DNA from: Bugula neritina
Lineage: Eukaryota; Animalia; Bryozoa
Assembly: GCA_964035545.1 (NCBI GenBank)
Contig: OZ037765.1
Location: forward strand, 310,001-374,000
Direction: 5' to 3'
Length of the DNA stretch: 64,000 nt
The notes beneath the pieces were generated by a model. The model was not told the origin of the DNA and did not search any database. It saw only the letters and a list, made by a program, of their open reading frames with translations. Of the stretch, positions 1 to 10,802 are shown piece after piece. The position numbers and the translations under genes are program-made. How positions within the stretch are numbered: the first letter of the stretch is position 1; every line of letters starts with the position of its first letter.

Positions 1-252
1 TGCCCTTCAAAGGTTGCGCCTAACGTATGAGGCACAAGACCTCCCTAGTAACAGCATAAAGTAGTTAATCTGAAAGGTCAAGGTAATTCGCTCTTGCATA
101 TCTGGTCACAAATCATCTGCTAGGTTGCCCTATTTTAGTTGGTTGACTAGCGAATATTCTCACTATTAGGTTTTTCCACAAAATTAATGCCAGTAAAGCT
201 TGCCTGTTAACTAGCAAATTACTTTTAGTAGTTTAAATAAAGAAAACAAGAA

Positions 253-1444
253 ATGGGCGACTTTATTTTGTCTGGACGTCCAGCCTCTCGATCAACCATA
301 CGCTCTTACGAGAGCCAAGGGCATACTTATAGCCGGCCCATTTCAAGCAAAGCTAAATCGGGCCCAAGGGACTTTCATTATGGTGATTTCAGTGATACTG
401 ATACTCAAGTTGATAGCGAATGTCCTGTAAGTTTACTATCTTGTTGTATGTATGCGTTATATACGTAAGATTTTGGTTACTATGAGTTGAGATCCTTATT
501 TTTAAAGTTAAATTTGGCTAAAAGTAAAGTTGATAACTTGATTTGGTGATTTAAAAAATTTAATTGACTTATGACACATATGTTTAAGTTTTAAGTATTT
601 TTAAGAATGCTGAGAGTTCATAGTTACATCATCACAGAAATTATGTAACTACACAGTTTTAAAATATTAAAACTTTGAATCATTTATAATAAAACAAAAT
701 TATCCTTATATGTGAACATGCAACCCTCAAACAATCTGTAGATAATAGCTAAGATATATATGAATACTTTGGTACTTGGTAAATGAAGTGTATCAGAGAC
801 TACTCAAATAGCTGAGTTGCTCATGTTACTTCAGCAATGGCAATTGTCATCTCGAGAGACACATTTAAATTTAGGTTTTAATCAGCTAAATTTAGTCTCA
901 CTATGTCTACTAGCAGTGGAAACTGATTTTACCTCGCATGGACTGTGAGCGTGAAGTAATATGAAGAGTAACTTAGGTAGCAGTACTACCTTGCACTGTG
1001 CACGCAGCATCAGAATTACAACGCTGCTCATTGTTGTAGAGTAGCTACAGGTACGGAAACTCTGGAGGTGTGAATAATACCATCACAGGCTATGAGACTG
1101 TTTCCACTTCAGCCATGTTTACTCGGCAAAACCAGGCCAACAACTTCAACCTCAAAAATACTTCAAGGACGAATCAAGGTCGGCAAACTCCTCGAACATT
1201 GACATCTAGAACTAGAAACAAGTACCGCCCCAAGCAGTCAGAGTGTGATGAGATGCTGTTCGCTAAACCGAAAGCTGCCGACTGTAAGGAATGGAAAGCG
1301 CCGTGGGATGACTCACCAGCTACTCGGCCTCTGCTCTTTGACTCAACAGACAGGGCGGGGCACTACTCCCCCCACAAGATAGATAGCAACTCTCTGCGCC
1401 AGTCTAGGAGTGCCACTGGCTTACACAAGAGAGCATGGAGATAG
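253..1444 (+). CDS. RITA1: RBPJ-interacting and tubulin-associated protein 1-like, two coding exons (253-426, 1040-1444)
   Basis: ATG at 253; donor CCT|GTAAGT at 427; acceptor TTGTTGTAG ending 1039; phase-0 join keeps the frame. TPRTLTSRTRNKYRPKQSECDEMLF..APW..RPLLF..KRAWR* resembles the recalled RITA motifs TPRKKNKYRP..SYCDESLFG..RALLW..KPPWK*. Confidence 0.75.
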
Positions 1445-2660
1445 ACTAAGTGTATACCGCTAGTTTATAGTCTGAGTATATGCTGCTAGTTTATAGTCTG
1501 AGTACCTGCTGCTAGTTTACACTGTTCATGATAATATGTTGGTATGAAAGGCAAGGAAATATGTCTGTGTGTCTCAGCTTACCCAATCCAAGAGATACTT
1601 TCAATATTATTATAATGAAAATACTCTTCTAGTCCAGGGGTTTGAGCCCACTTGCTGAGGCCCTTATATTCTGCACCAAAAGGTCCACAGCTCCACTATA
1701 CAGACACGACACCCTACTTATACCTGGATTCTATTCCACAAGCTACTACGGCTAGACTTGCCATAGCAATACTTACTCTACTTTACTACATAATATAGTT
1801 GATAGTCATAACAATAATGTTTGTATACCTGGCTAGTTTGTACCATATGGTTTTTTTGGTTTAGAAGAGAAAATTGATACAGTTCAGATGGTTATAATTT
1901 ATTATTTAATATAATATATTAATAATATGATATATACACATAATATGCCTATTTACAATTATTATCTAAGAAACTATCACAGGTTTATGAATTTACTCAA
2001 AAGTTTTCATAGTTTACGGGAAGTTACTTTCTCTTGATGCACATTATTCGATGAATCACACAGCATTGAGTGAACACAGCTCCTCATTCAACAAAACACA
2101 ATTATGTCATACACTGTAGGCAGCAGTCAAGGCAGCAGTGAGATGTTTACAGTGCATGATTTTGTTGTTAACTTGACCTAAAAGTTACAATATTTACCTA
2201 TATAATATAATAAGACTAGCTCATATTTTAATTTCTATTCTCCAATTTGTGTAATGATAAACATAAAAGCAATATTGAAATTTATGAGCCAAACAGGATA
2301 TTCAAAGGTTGGACAACTCATTATAAATGCAGCTTTTTGAATAATAGACTTAGCTCTAGGTTTATCACCACTTGAGTTCTAAGTATAACCAGAGCTCACA
2401 GAGTACAGCTTCTAGCCAGCACGGTGCAAATGTCTACATAACAGATCTATTCTTGCATTTCTGTATATAATGAAGAATTTTATTAATGACAAGTTTTTTT
2501 TATAAAATTTGAACATTTGCTTCTCTAACAAGTCGGTGTATTAAAAATACAACTAAATTATTAAATCTAGCTTCTATTGATATAAATGAAAAATATACAG
2601 TTTAGTGAAGAAATGTAAATAAAAATGTAATAATAAAAACTACAAATCACTGTCTAATAT

Positions 2661-2931
2661 TGTAGTGAGGACGTAATACGCGCGTCCCCCGCATTCCTTC
2701 AGCCTATCCAAGTGCGTCACGTGATAGGCCTTAGTTAGTAGTAGTTTTGCAGTAGAGAGAGCGTGCTAACTAAGCGAGGATGTAATCTCAAATCTGTGTA
2801 CGTGCTGTATCTTTTGTATAATTAGTAGTAAATAAACTTGGAAACTTTTACCTAAATACTTTATTGGTGTAGATAAATAGACATAATTACAAGCTAGGAA
2901 CCCACGCATAGTAGTTACACAAATTACTACA
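2661..2931 (+). repeat. 5' LTR
   Basis: TG...CA termini with terminal inverted repeat TGTAGT/ACTACA; no mismatch to the 3' LTR seen by eye; contains AATAAA. Confidence 0.97.
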
Positions 2932-2932
2932 G

Positions 2933-2951
2933 TGGTGGCAGCGGTGGGATT
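2933..2951 (+). promoter_or_regulatory. Primer binding site complementary to the tRNA-Leu 3' end
   Basis: TGGTGGCAGCGGTGGGATT, 1 nt after the 5' LTR, is the reverse complement of ...AATCCCACCGCTGCCA-CCA of metazoan tRNA-Leu(AAG/TAG). Confidence 0.9.
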
Positions 2952-2992
2952 TCTAGTTACTGTATAAGAACAATGAGAAGTATTAGAACATC

Positions 2993-5900
2993 ATGGACGA
3001 GGGAGTAACTTCAATGGAAGGAGGTGAGCAGAACATTATTATAGGCCCTCTCGGAGCTGGAGAGGAGGTATATAGGAACATGTTGAAGGTTCCCGTGTTC
3101 ACAGGCCGCGAGGATATTGAACAATTCGTTCAAGAATTCCGTGAAACTGCCGCCATTGCAAGATGGCCGCCAAGAGTAACCCTTACAAAACTGCGGATGG
3201 CACTGACGGGAGAAGCCAAGCCGTACGGGTGGAAGCCTAGCATAAACGGGATCATTGCTACACTACGGGCCCGTTTTGGCATGCCCGTTGCCGTCGCCAA
3301 GTCCAGACTGCGAGGATTACTCCGCAAGACTTGTACACCGCTTTCTGACCACGCCACTCTGGTGCAGAGACTGGCACGGACCGCGTATAGCGATCTGCCA
3401 GAAACACACAGGCGGCACTACACATTCGAAGCCTTTGTACAGTCTCTCAATTCTTTGGACTTCCACCACCAGTTACAAGCCAAGGGAGTGACCACCATTG
3501 AGGCTGCAATCCAAGAGAACAAGGCCTACGCTGGAGCCGAACGGCTCTATAAGACGGAGGAGGCCACGCCCCAGCCCTCTAGGGAACCAGACCATCCGGT
3601 CCGCATAGCTGCCGCGACCACTCAAACCCCCATAGAGATAGAGATAAGCCGCTTGATGACTAGACTGGGACAATTGGTGGCGACGATAACATACAACCAC
3701 TCAAGGAAGAGTAAGAGGACGGCAGCAAAACCCCCCAGACCTATGATGCGACGCTGGGAAAGCGGCAATCAGGGACACCGCCACCTGGGCGGCCCACGAT
3801 TCAAACGGCAGCAGAAACCACAACCTCCCCGGAGACCCCCAGAGCTCCGCGGACACACACAGAGAGAAAAACGGGGTGGGTGTCGCCAGGAGCCCGTACG
3901 GGCCCAGCGACACACCCCCCGTCAATGGCAAACACCTCGCCGTACCAGCCAACCAGGTCGACCACGAGACCCCTTCTCTCTGCCTCTCACCAACCGCTTC
4001 AGTCCGTTACCAGTAATGGAACAGACCAGCGAGGCCCCTCAGGGCATCGGGGAGGATCAGAACACCTCCCCGCAAGGAAACTCTCACCGGCCCCGCAAAC
4101 CGCGGAACAAACGGGCACAGCCCCGTTCAGCCGAGACCGAGCACGCTGGGGGAATACGGGTACAACCTCACGGAGGCAGCTACTTCTTGCCAGGGAAGGT
4201 GGCCGGTAAAGCTGTCACCTTCCTGTTAGACTCCGGGTGTACCACTAATATCCTCAGCCGTCGGGTCTTCGACACCCTCCCTCTCAAGGAGAGGGGAGCC
4301 TTAGCTCCCTATACCGGGGAACCGGGCACCCTAGCTGACGGGTCACGGATTCCTTTCTACGGTATCATAGAATTGGCTGGGCGCGTCCGCGACCAAGCCA
4401 TTCAGGAAACCTTCGTCATCAGCCCACTGGAGGAAGATGCCATACTAGGGATGCCGTTCTTGAAGAGACACGGGTGCCATATTGACTTTAGCAAGTCAGC
4501 CATGCTAATGGGCGGCAAAGAGCTCACCTGTGTCGACAAGTTCGGTCGTCCTCTAGCGGGAGGTGTGCAGGTAGTACGCAACTGTACTATACCCGGCCGC
4601 TCCCGGGCTACCGTTCACTGCAGAGTAAACAATAGCCAACTCTCGGGGCTAGGGGTTGTCGAAGGTGCGCACTCTAGAATCCAACTCGCCAGCAGTCTTA
4701 ACCGGCTGACTGACCGAGGAGAGATCTTGGTGCAGTGTGTCAACCCCTTCTCCGAAGCGGTACAATTACCGTCTGGATCCATGCTGGGTCGCTTCCACTC
4801 CATCCAGGAGGAGGATGTAGGGCCGTCGCTGGGAGCTGCGACGGAAGGTCCCCAACAGAGCCCGTCAGCTAGGCGGGGGACCGTCCCATCACACGTCAAA
4901 GAGCTATACCAGACAGCGTGTAACGGCTGCACGGGCCACGTGGAACGCCAGACTATGGCTCAGTTGCTACGTGATTATAGCGACGTGTTCAGCAGTGGGG
5001 ACCATGACGTCGGCCTGACCACGGCCGTCCGTCATGAGATACCGCTGGCTGCAGGGACTACCCCTATTCGGCAGCCCACCAGGAGGCTGGGACCCGAGAA
5101 GGAAAAGGAGGTAAGCCAACAAGTCCGGGATCTTTTGGACCGCGGCCTCATCGAGCCAGCGCATAGCGCGTGGAGTTCACCGGTCGTTCTGGTCCGAAAG
5201 AAAGACGGCAGTTGGCGGTTCTGTGTGGATTATCGCAAGCTCAATAGCGTGACCATACAGGACGCCTACCCCTTACCCAGGATCGACGAATCTCTGGACG
5301 CCTTAGCCGGCAGCAAGTACTTCAGTACGCTAGACTTGTTGAGCGGCTATTGGCAGGTCCCCCTCAGCCCAGACGCCCAGGAGAAGGCGGCGTTCATCAC
5401 ACGGGACGGCTTATGGAAGTGGAAAGTCCTCCCCTTCGGACTGACTTCCGCCCCCGCCACGTTCCAGCGGCTCATGGAACAGGTCCTCAGTGGACTCCAC
5501 TGGAAGACACTGCTAGTATACCTCGACGACGTCATCGTGATCTCCCCAGACTTTCAGACACACGTCAGCCGTCTGCGGGAGGTCTTCGATCGACTCCGAG
5601 GCGCCAATCTGAAGCTCAAACCCTCCAAGTGCGCTCTCTTGCAGCCAGAGGTGAAGTACCTGGGGCACATCGTCGGCCGCCACGGCGTGGCGACGGATCC
5701 CGAAAAGGTACGAGCTATAGAAGATTGGGTAACCCCCCAGGATTTGACCGGGCTACGGGCTTTCCTGGGGCTGGTAGGGTATTACAGACAATACATACCA
5801 GACTTTGCGGGGGTAGCGCAGCCGTTAAACCGGCTCACCGCAAAGGGGGTGACCTGGCAGTGGACTCCCGTCGAACAGAGAGCGTTCGACTGCCTCAAAG

Positions 5901-7813
5901 GCCGCCTGCTGGAGGCCCCTATCCTGGCCTATCCAGACCCTGCCCTGGAGTACATCCTCGATACTGACGCCAGTGACCAAAATGTCGGCGCTGTGCTGTC
6001 CCAGGTGCAGGAGGGCCGCGAAGTAGTCGTGGCCTACTACAGTAAGTCTCTCTCGCCCACTGAACGAAATTACTGCACTACCCGAAAGGAATTGCTGGCA
6101 GTAATCAAGTCGGTGAAGCATTTCAGACCTTATCTATACGGCAGGAAGTTCCGCTTGCGGACCGACCACGCCTCCTTGATTTGGTTATGTAAGAGAGCAG
6201 AACCGTCCAGCCAAGTCGCCCGATGGCTCGAGGTCCTGGCCGAGTTCTCTTACCGGATCGAACACCGACCCGGTAAGAAACACGGCAATGCTGATGGACT
6301 GAGCCGGCGACCGGACGAGGGGTGTAAACAGTGCCTCAACATCGAGAAGAGGGACGGAGGTCCTCCAAAATCCGAGTTGAGAGCACTGAACCACTCTGAA
6401 ACGGAGTATGACTGGGACCAGGGTCAACTCCTACAGAAGGCCCCTACGCCCCCGGAGGCTATCCAACGCCTCCGTGCCAATCCTGTCTTGGCTGATAACG
6501 TTAGAGAGCTACGAAGACTCCAGGAGGACCTCCCTGGAGTGGTAGCCGACGTATATCGTGCCAAAAAGGAGGGGCGACGACCCAGTGAAGAACAACTGCG
6601 GCAGGGATGCACCGAGTTACGGTTGTACTGCCAACGTTGGGATTCCCTGCGGATCGGGCCAGATGGTCTGCTGACCATCACAGTGGCTGCTCACAACAAC
6701 CAATACGGCAGAAGAAGGGTGATCTGCCCAGCCGCCATACGCCGGGAGTTAGTATGGGACACCCACAAGCAAGCCCATGCCGGGGTGAGCAGGGTTCTCT
6801 CCAAGTTACAACTCCGGTGGTACTGGCCCGGCATGGAGCGTGAGGTGCGGCGTAGAGTCAAACAATGCGAAATCTGCCAGGCCAGCAAGCATGGCCGTCT
6901 CCCTGGTGAAGCGGGACGGCGTCGGCTATATGCTGGAAGGCCATGGCAGGTGGTAGCTATCGACCTAGTCGGACCCATGCCCGTCACCCCCAGAGGGAAC
7001 AGTTGGATCCTAGTATTAACCGACCACTTTACACGGTGGGCGGATGCCCTGGCTATTCCAGATGCGTCCGCCCCCACAGTGGCCAGGGTGCTGGACCAAA
7101 ATGTATTCTGCTATCTTGGACTACCTGAGCAAATACATTCGGACCAGGGGGCTCAATTCCAGTCCCAACTGTTGAGCGACCTCTGCCGCCTCTGGGGAGT
7201 AAACCAAAGCAGGACTACCCCGTACCATCCTCAGGGCAACGGGGTGGTGGAACGCAACAATCGCATGTTGGGCGATGCACTGCGCAGCCTGCTCCTCGGC
7301 CGGGGTCAGGAGGAGTGGGATACGGTACTACCGCAAGTCATGCGGGCCTACCGTAGTACACCACACACCAGTACGGGGGAAACCCCTAACCTCCTGATGC
7401 TCGGTCGAGAGACGCGAGTGCCTGACCACCTCACATACCACATCCCAGAGCAGGACTATACCATCCACGAGTATGCCAGTAAGTTGATAGAGGACCTGAG
7501 GGCCGCACACGAAATACTGCGGGCGAAGCAGTGGCAGGTGCGGCGAGAAGACTCTCAGGAACCACCTCTCTATCAAACTGGGGACTGGGTGTGGATGATC
7601 AACTACCGTAGGCGTCGAGGACAAGCGGCTAAGCTCCAGCCTAAGTTTGTGGGACCCTACGTAGTAGTTGAGGCTATGCCCAATCATACGTACAAGTTGG
7701 AGCGATCTGGACAGGTCTCTGTCCAGAACGAAACCCGCTTGAAACCGTATTGGGCTAGCCCAGGAGCAGCAGGAGCAGCCCCCCGTTGTTGGAGCCCAGG
7801 AGGCAGACAGTAA
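2993..7813 (+). CDS. Gag-Pol polyprotein (Gag, aspartic protease, RT, RNase H, integrase)
   Basis: 1606-aa ORF: protease FLLDSG; RT CVDYRKLN, LPFGL, YLDD; RNase H LDTDAS..TDH; integrase H-x3-H..CEIC, DLVGP, SDQG, VERNN; GPY motif. The natural C-terminus probably continues in another frame to 8451. Confidence 0.97.
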   Translation: MDEGVTSMEGGEQNIIIGPLGAGEEVYRNMLKVPVFTGREDIEQFVQEFRETAAIARWPPRVTLTKLRMALTGEAKPYGWKPSINGIIATLRARFGMPVAVAKSRLRGLLRKTCTPLSDHATLVQRLARTAYSDLPETHRRHYTFEAFVQSLNSLDFHHQLQAKGVTTIEAAIQENKAYAGAERLYKTEEATPQPSREPDHPVRIAAATTQTPIEIEISRLMTRLGQLVATITYNHSRKSKRTAAKPPRPMMRRWESGNQGHRHLGGPRFKRQQKPQPPRRPPELRGHTQREKRGGCRQEPVRAQRHTPRQWQTPRRTSQPGRPRDPFSLPLTNRFSPLPVMEQTSEAPQGIGEDQNTSPQGNSHRPRKPRNKRAQPRSAETEHAGGIRVQPHGGSYFLPGKVAGKAVTFLLDSGCTTNILSRRVFDTLPLKERGALAPYTGEPGTLADGSRIPFYGIIELAGRVRDQAIQETFVISPLEEDAILGMPFLKRHGCHIDFSKSAMLMGGKELTCVDKFGRPLAGGVQVVRNCTIPGRSRATVHCRVNNSQLSGLGVVEGAHSRIQLASSLNRLTDRGEILVQCVNPFSEAVQLPSGSMLGRFHSIQEEDVGPSLGAATEGPQQSPSARRGTVPSHVKELYQTACNGCTGHVERQTMAQLLRDYSDVFSSGDHDVGLTTAVRHEIPLAAGTTPIRQPTRRLGPEKEKEVSQQVRDLLDRGLIEPAHSAWSSPVVLVRKKDGSWRFCVDYRKLNSVTIQDAYPLPRIDESLDALAGSKYFSTLDLLSGYWQVPLSPDAQEKAAFITRDGLWKWKVLPFGLTSAPATFQRLMEQVLSGLHWKTLLVYLDDVIVISPDFQTHVSRLREVFDRLRGANLKLKPSKCALLQPEVKYLGHIVGRHGVATDPEKVRAIEDWVTPQDLTGLRAFLGLVGYYRQYIPDFAGVAQPLNRLTAKGVTWQWTPVEQRAFDCLKGRLLEAPILAYPDPALEYILDTDASDQNVGAVLSQVQEGREVVVAYYSKSLSPTERNYCTTRKELLAVIKSVKHFRPYLYGRKFRLRTDHASLIWLCKRAEPSSQVARWLEVLAEFSYRIEHRPGKKHGNADGLSRRPDEGCKQCLNIEKRDGGPPKSELRALNHSETEYDWDQGQLLQKAPTPPEAIQRLRANPVLADNVRELRRLQEDLPGVVADVYRAKKEGRRPSEEQLRQGCTELRLYCQRWDSLRIGPDGLLTITVAAHNNQYGRRRVICPAAIRRELVWDTHKQAHAGVSRVLSKLQLRWYWPGMEREVRRRVKQCEICQASKHGRLPGEAGRRRLYAGRPWQVVAIDLVGPMPVTPRGNSWILVLTDHFTRWADALAIPDASAPTVARVLDQNVFCYLGLPEQIHSDQGAQFQSQLLSDLCRLWGVNQSRTTPYHPQGNGVVERNNRMLGDALRSLLLGRGQEEWDTVLPQVMRAYRSTPHTSTGETPNLLMLGRETRVPDHLTYHIPEQDYTIHEYASKLIEDLRAAHEILRAKQWQVRREDSQEPPLYQTGDWVWMINYRRRRGQAAKLQPKFVGPYVVVEAMPNHTYKLERSGQVSVQNETRLKPYWASPGAAGAAPRCWSPGGRQ

Positions 7814-8451
7814 CGCGTGGGCGGCAACGGCATGGACCAGAATACGAAGTGGTTGTGCCGCGGGGAAAGGACTTGGTGAGGCAGGAGACGCCACTCCCAC
7901 CAACGGAAGTGCGCCCACCGCCCCCAGTACCAAGTCTACCCCCACCACTTCCGGTTCCGCATCCGCGTCCGGAAGTGCAAAACCCCCCCGTGGGAGGGGC
8001 TCCATCTGGAGACAACAGCAGAGAGGGGAACATCACCACCAACGGCGGGTCAGAAACACCACAGGTGGAGCAAAATAGCCCACCAGTGAGTACGCCGCCC
8101 CAACCAGCAGCTACAACTCCCTCTCTAGCTGATGCGTCACCTCCCCTGGAACGGGGACAGCGTACTAGACAACCCCCAGCATACCTTAAAGATTTCATAT
8201 GTGACCGTGTTACAAACGGCAGTTATGAAAGTCTAACTGGGCGCCGTACGGAAGGACTGGCAGCAAAGCGTGGGAGTTGTGAACACCACGGAAATCTCAA
8301 CTTTTGCGAAGGCGGAGTAGTAAACAAAACTACTACGCCCGGGGCAAATAGTTCCAGCCGTGCGCAACAACCACGCTGCCCAGTCTTTTCGTACGCTGAC
8401 GTTGTCAAGGGAAGACGCATTCAAACTCAATCCACGGACATCCAAGCTTGA
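7786..8451 (+). CDS. Frameshifted Pro-rich C-terminal tail of Pol/integrase
   Basis: Contains RTRQPPAYLKDF, the typical Gypsy Pol-terminal RxxxPxxLxDY/F motif; adding one C to the C6 run at 7779-7784 joins it in frame to Gag-Pol. Confidence 0.7.
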   Translation: MLEPRRQTVTRGRQRHGPEYEVVVPRGKDLVRQETPLPPTEVRPPPPVPSLPPPLPVPHPRPEVQNPPVGGAPSGDNSREGNITTNGGSETPQVEQNSPPVSTPPQPAATTPSLADASPPLERGQRTRQPPAYLKDFICDRVTNGSYESLTGRRTEGLAAKRGSCEHHGNLNFCEGGVVNKTTTPGANSSSRAQQPRCPVFSYADVVKGRRIQTQSTDIQA

Positions 8452-8516
8452 ACGCTGAGTATGATTACAAATACCGGGTTCTCAGGTAAGCTTGCTCTGA
8501 GCTAACATTTCCACTC

Positions 8517-9606
8517 ATGGAAACCAGTCTACCATCAGTCAGTTCTGATTTAATCGCCTTGATTGAATCACAACTACTGGGGACTGAGTCTTACGTGAAA
8601 GGCGACGAGAACATAAAGATGGCCGACGATCTACTAGATCTGGAGCTTGACACTATGTCTCTCTGTCAGTCTACACGACACGACTCAGTCCCTCGAGTGC
8701 TATCTGAAAAGATGTATGACTCCCAGACTAGTAACAGTCGGTTGTCATCAGAATTATGGTGTAAAGATCATATCCGATCTAACAGTAATTCTGCTCTTTT
8801 AGATACCGCTCTCTCTCCTCTATCTGGTGACATGCCGTCACTAGAAATGGCTTGGAACGAGGAACCCGTTCCCACTACTCTTCCGGAGGCACTCCTACAA
8901 CAATCATGCTGGGTTACAACAGATACGGAAACACTGATACGAGAGCACAAAGGAGACGACCAATGCACCACCTGCCGTTTATGCCAGCTTCACTTCACTA
9001 CCCCACGAAGACTTCGAGTTCATATTCCCCAACATTACTTCACCACCTTTTGTCCCTGTGGTGAATATAGTTACCACAGGGACTACATCCTCCGTCACCA
9101 ACGAACCATGGGATGCCATGTTGGACACCTGTTCGAAGTCGACGAACCCTCCTTTCCACAATTCCTCAATCTCATCCGACCGTTCATATCAGACCCAGTT
9201 CGATATGAACGGCTGCGCCAGGAGTTCCCCGCACCCAGGGCCATCACACAGGGACCCTGCCCTAAACCACCCGGATATAAGAAACCACGCATATCTCATT
9301 CCTCACCCCCCGCACGCACAGTGCCTCGCCCCGACTCCATACCAAGAGTCGTGTTACGACGCATCGATATACCACAGCGATGGCGTCCCTCCCCCCCCTG
9401 TCTCCCCAAGGCCGTCTCGTAAACGGCGTTGGCCATCTTCATCCCCCAATCGACACTCTGCCCCCGCCAGGAATCTAGGCGAGGCAGAAGAGCGGATACG
9501 AGAATTAGAGAAAGAGGTGCAAAGACTGACACCGAGAATCTCCGCCGCCGCATCAGAACTCCGGGCCCTCTCTACCTCTGTAGCCCGAACGAAAGGAAGT
9601 GCTTGA
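8517..9606 (+). CDS. Accessory retrotransposon ORF: C2H2-like zinc fingers plus a frameshifted basic/coiled-coil tail
   Basis: ORF 8517-9422 has CRLCQLHFTTPRRLRVHIPQH and CPCGEYSYHRDYILRHQRTMGCH. Removing one C from the C8 run at 9391-9398 fuses it to SRKRR and LGEAEERIRELEKEVQRL, ending at 9606. Confidence 0.7.
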
Positions 9607-9956
9607 AGATGATGTCCCTCCTCTCCCTATCCGTGATGGTACAGCAGGTGGTGCCCCACTACAGACCCTTCTCACGCCAGTGCTCACAAACAATTACTCA
9701 GTGTAACAATATAGTAACCTACCAGTATACAGCTCTACCTCTACAAACTATTCCCTTATAGTGCCTCCCGCCGGTGCCATTGTATATTTACTGTTATATT
9801 TTTTTATATATGTGTATATGTTTCTTACTACTGTACATAGCCATGTTTTTCTTTGTGTGCCACACGCTCTCTCAGTTTTTTTATATATATATAGTTTTAT
9901 AACATTTTATGTTCGAATTATCGTGTCTGTGTTATCAGAAAGTAGGGCTTTCTGCT

Positions 9957-9967
9957 GGGGGGGGCGG
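9957..9967 (+). promoter_or_regulatory. Polypurine tract
   Basis: GGGGGGGGCGG immediately before the 3' LTR. Confidence 0.8.
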
Positions 9968-10238
9968 TGTAGTGAGGACGTAATACGCGCGTCCCCCGCA
10001 TTCCTTCAGCCTATCCAAGTGCGTCACGTGATAGGCCTTAGTTAGTAGTAGTTTTGCAGTAGAGAGAGCGTGCTAACTAAGCGAGGATGTAATCTCAAAT
10101 CTGTGTACGTGCTGTATCTTTTGTATAATTAGTAGTAAATAAACTTGGAAACTTTTACCTAAATACTTTATTGGTGTAGATAAATAGACATAATTACAAG
10201 CTAGGAACCCACGCATAGTAGTTACACAAATTACTACA
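9968..10238 (+). repeat. 3' LTR
   Basis: 271-bp copy of 2661-2931, followed by the ATAT TSD. Confidence 0.97.
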
Positions 10239-10539
10239 ATATTGACAACACTCTATATAACTAGTAAATATGATCTTATACTCACAGTACCTGGTGGTCA
10301 AACTAAAAGAATGATACAATTATTTATACATTGATGGAGTAAGACTTGTATTACATTGGAATTATTGTAAGTTTGTATCATAAGACATGTAACAGCTAAT
10401 TCATTGACCCAGGCATAATATTGTAACAAAATAAATAATTCCTATCATATAAAACTGGTAGGTCCCACTTGCTCAAAGGAGGGGTAGGGGTAGGAAAGGT
10501 CACAGAAATACGGTGAAGGAACTCAGCTAAATAACTTAG

Positions 10540-10541
<2 letters not shown>

Positions 10542-10592
<51 letters not shown>
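10542..10592. repeat. (TA)n microsatellite
   Basis: About 25 TA units. Confidence 0.95.
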
Positions 10593-10595
<3 letters not shown>

Positions 10596-10802
10596 TGATT
10601 GGTTGTATAATATCAAAGGTACCCTATCTTAGAACACAATATAGTGTATTAGTTATCATAGATCACTACAGCTCTTCAAATTTTGGAAACATAACTCCAA
10701 ATTAGCAGTCTTACTTTCCAAAGCCTTACAATCATCCTATCATTGGTCAATCTAAATATTTCAAGTGTTGTCTCCTCTGGACATATTAGGAGTCGCCTTT
10801 TC

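Larger units (their letters stand above)
2661..10238 (+). mobile_element. Full-length Ty3/Gypsy LTR retrotransposon, recent insertion
   Basis: Two 271-bp direct repeats TGTAGT...ACTACA; 4-bp TSD ATAT (2657-2660, 10239-10242); PBS and PPT present; gag-pol order PR-RT-RH-INT; GC-rich interior contrasts with the host DNA. Confidence 0.98.

Noticed and set aside
3130-8445. Many short antisense and alternate-frame ORFs inside the retrotransposon
   Set aside because: Expected shadows of a GC-rich coding region; no motifs.
8517-9422. env gene, making the element an errantivirus-like retrovirus
   Set aside because: No signal peptide, fusion peptide or TM anchor; zinc-finger motifs instead.
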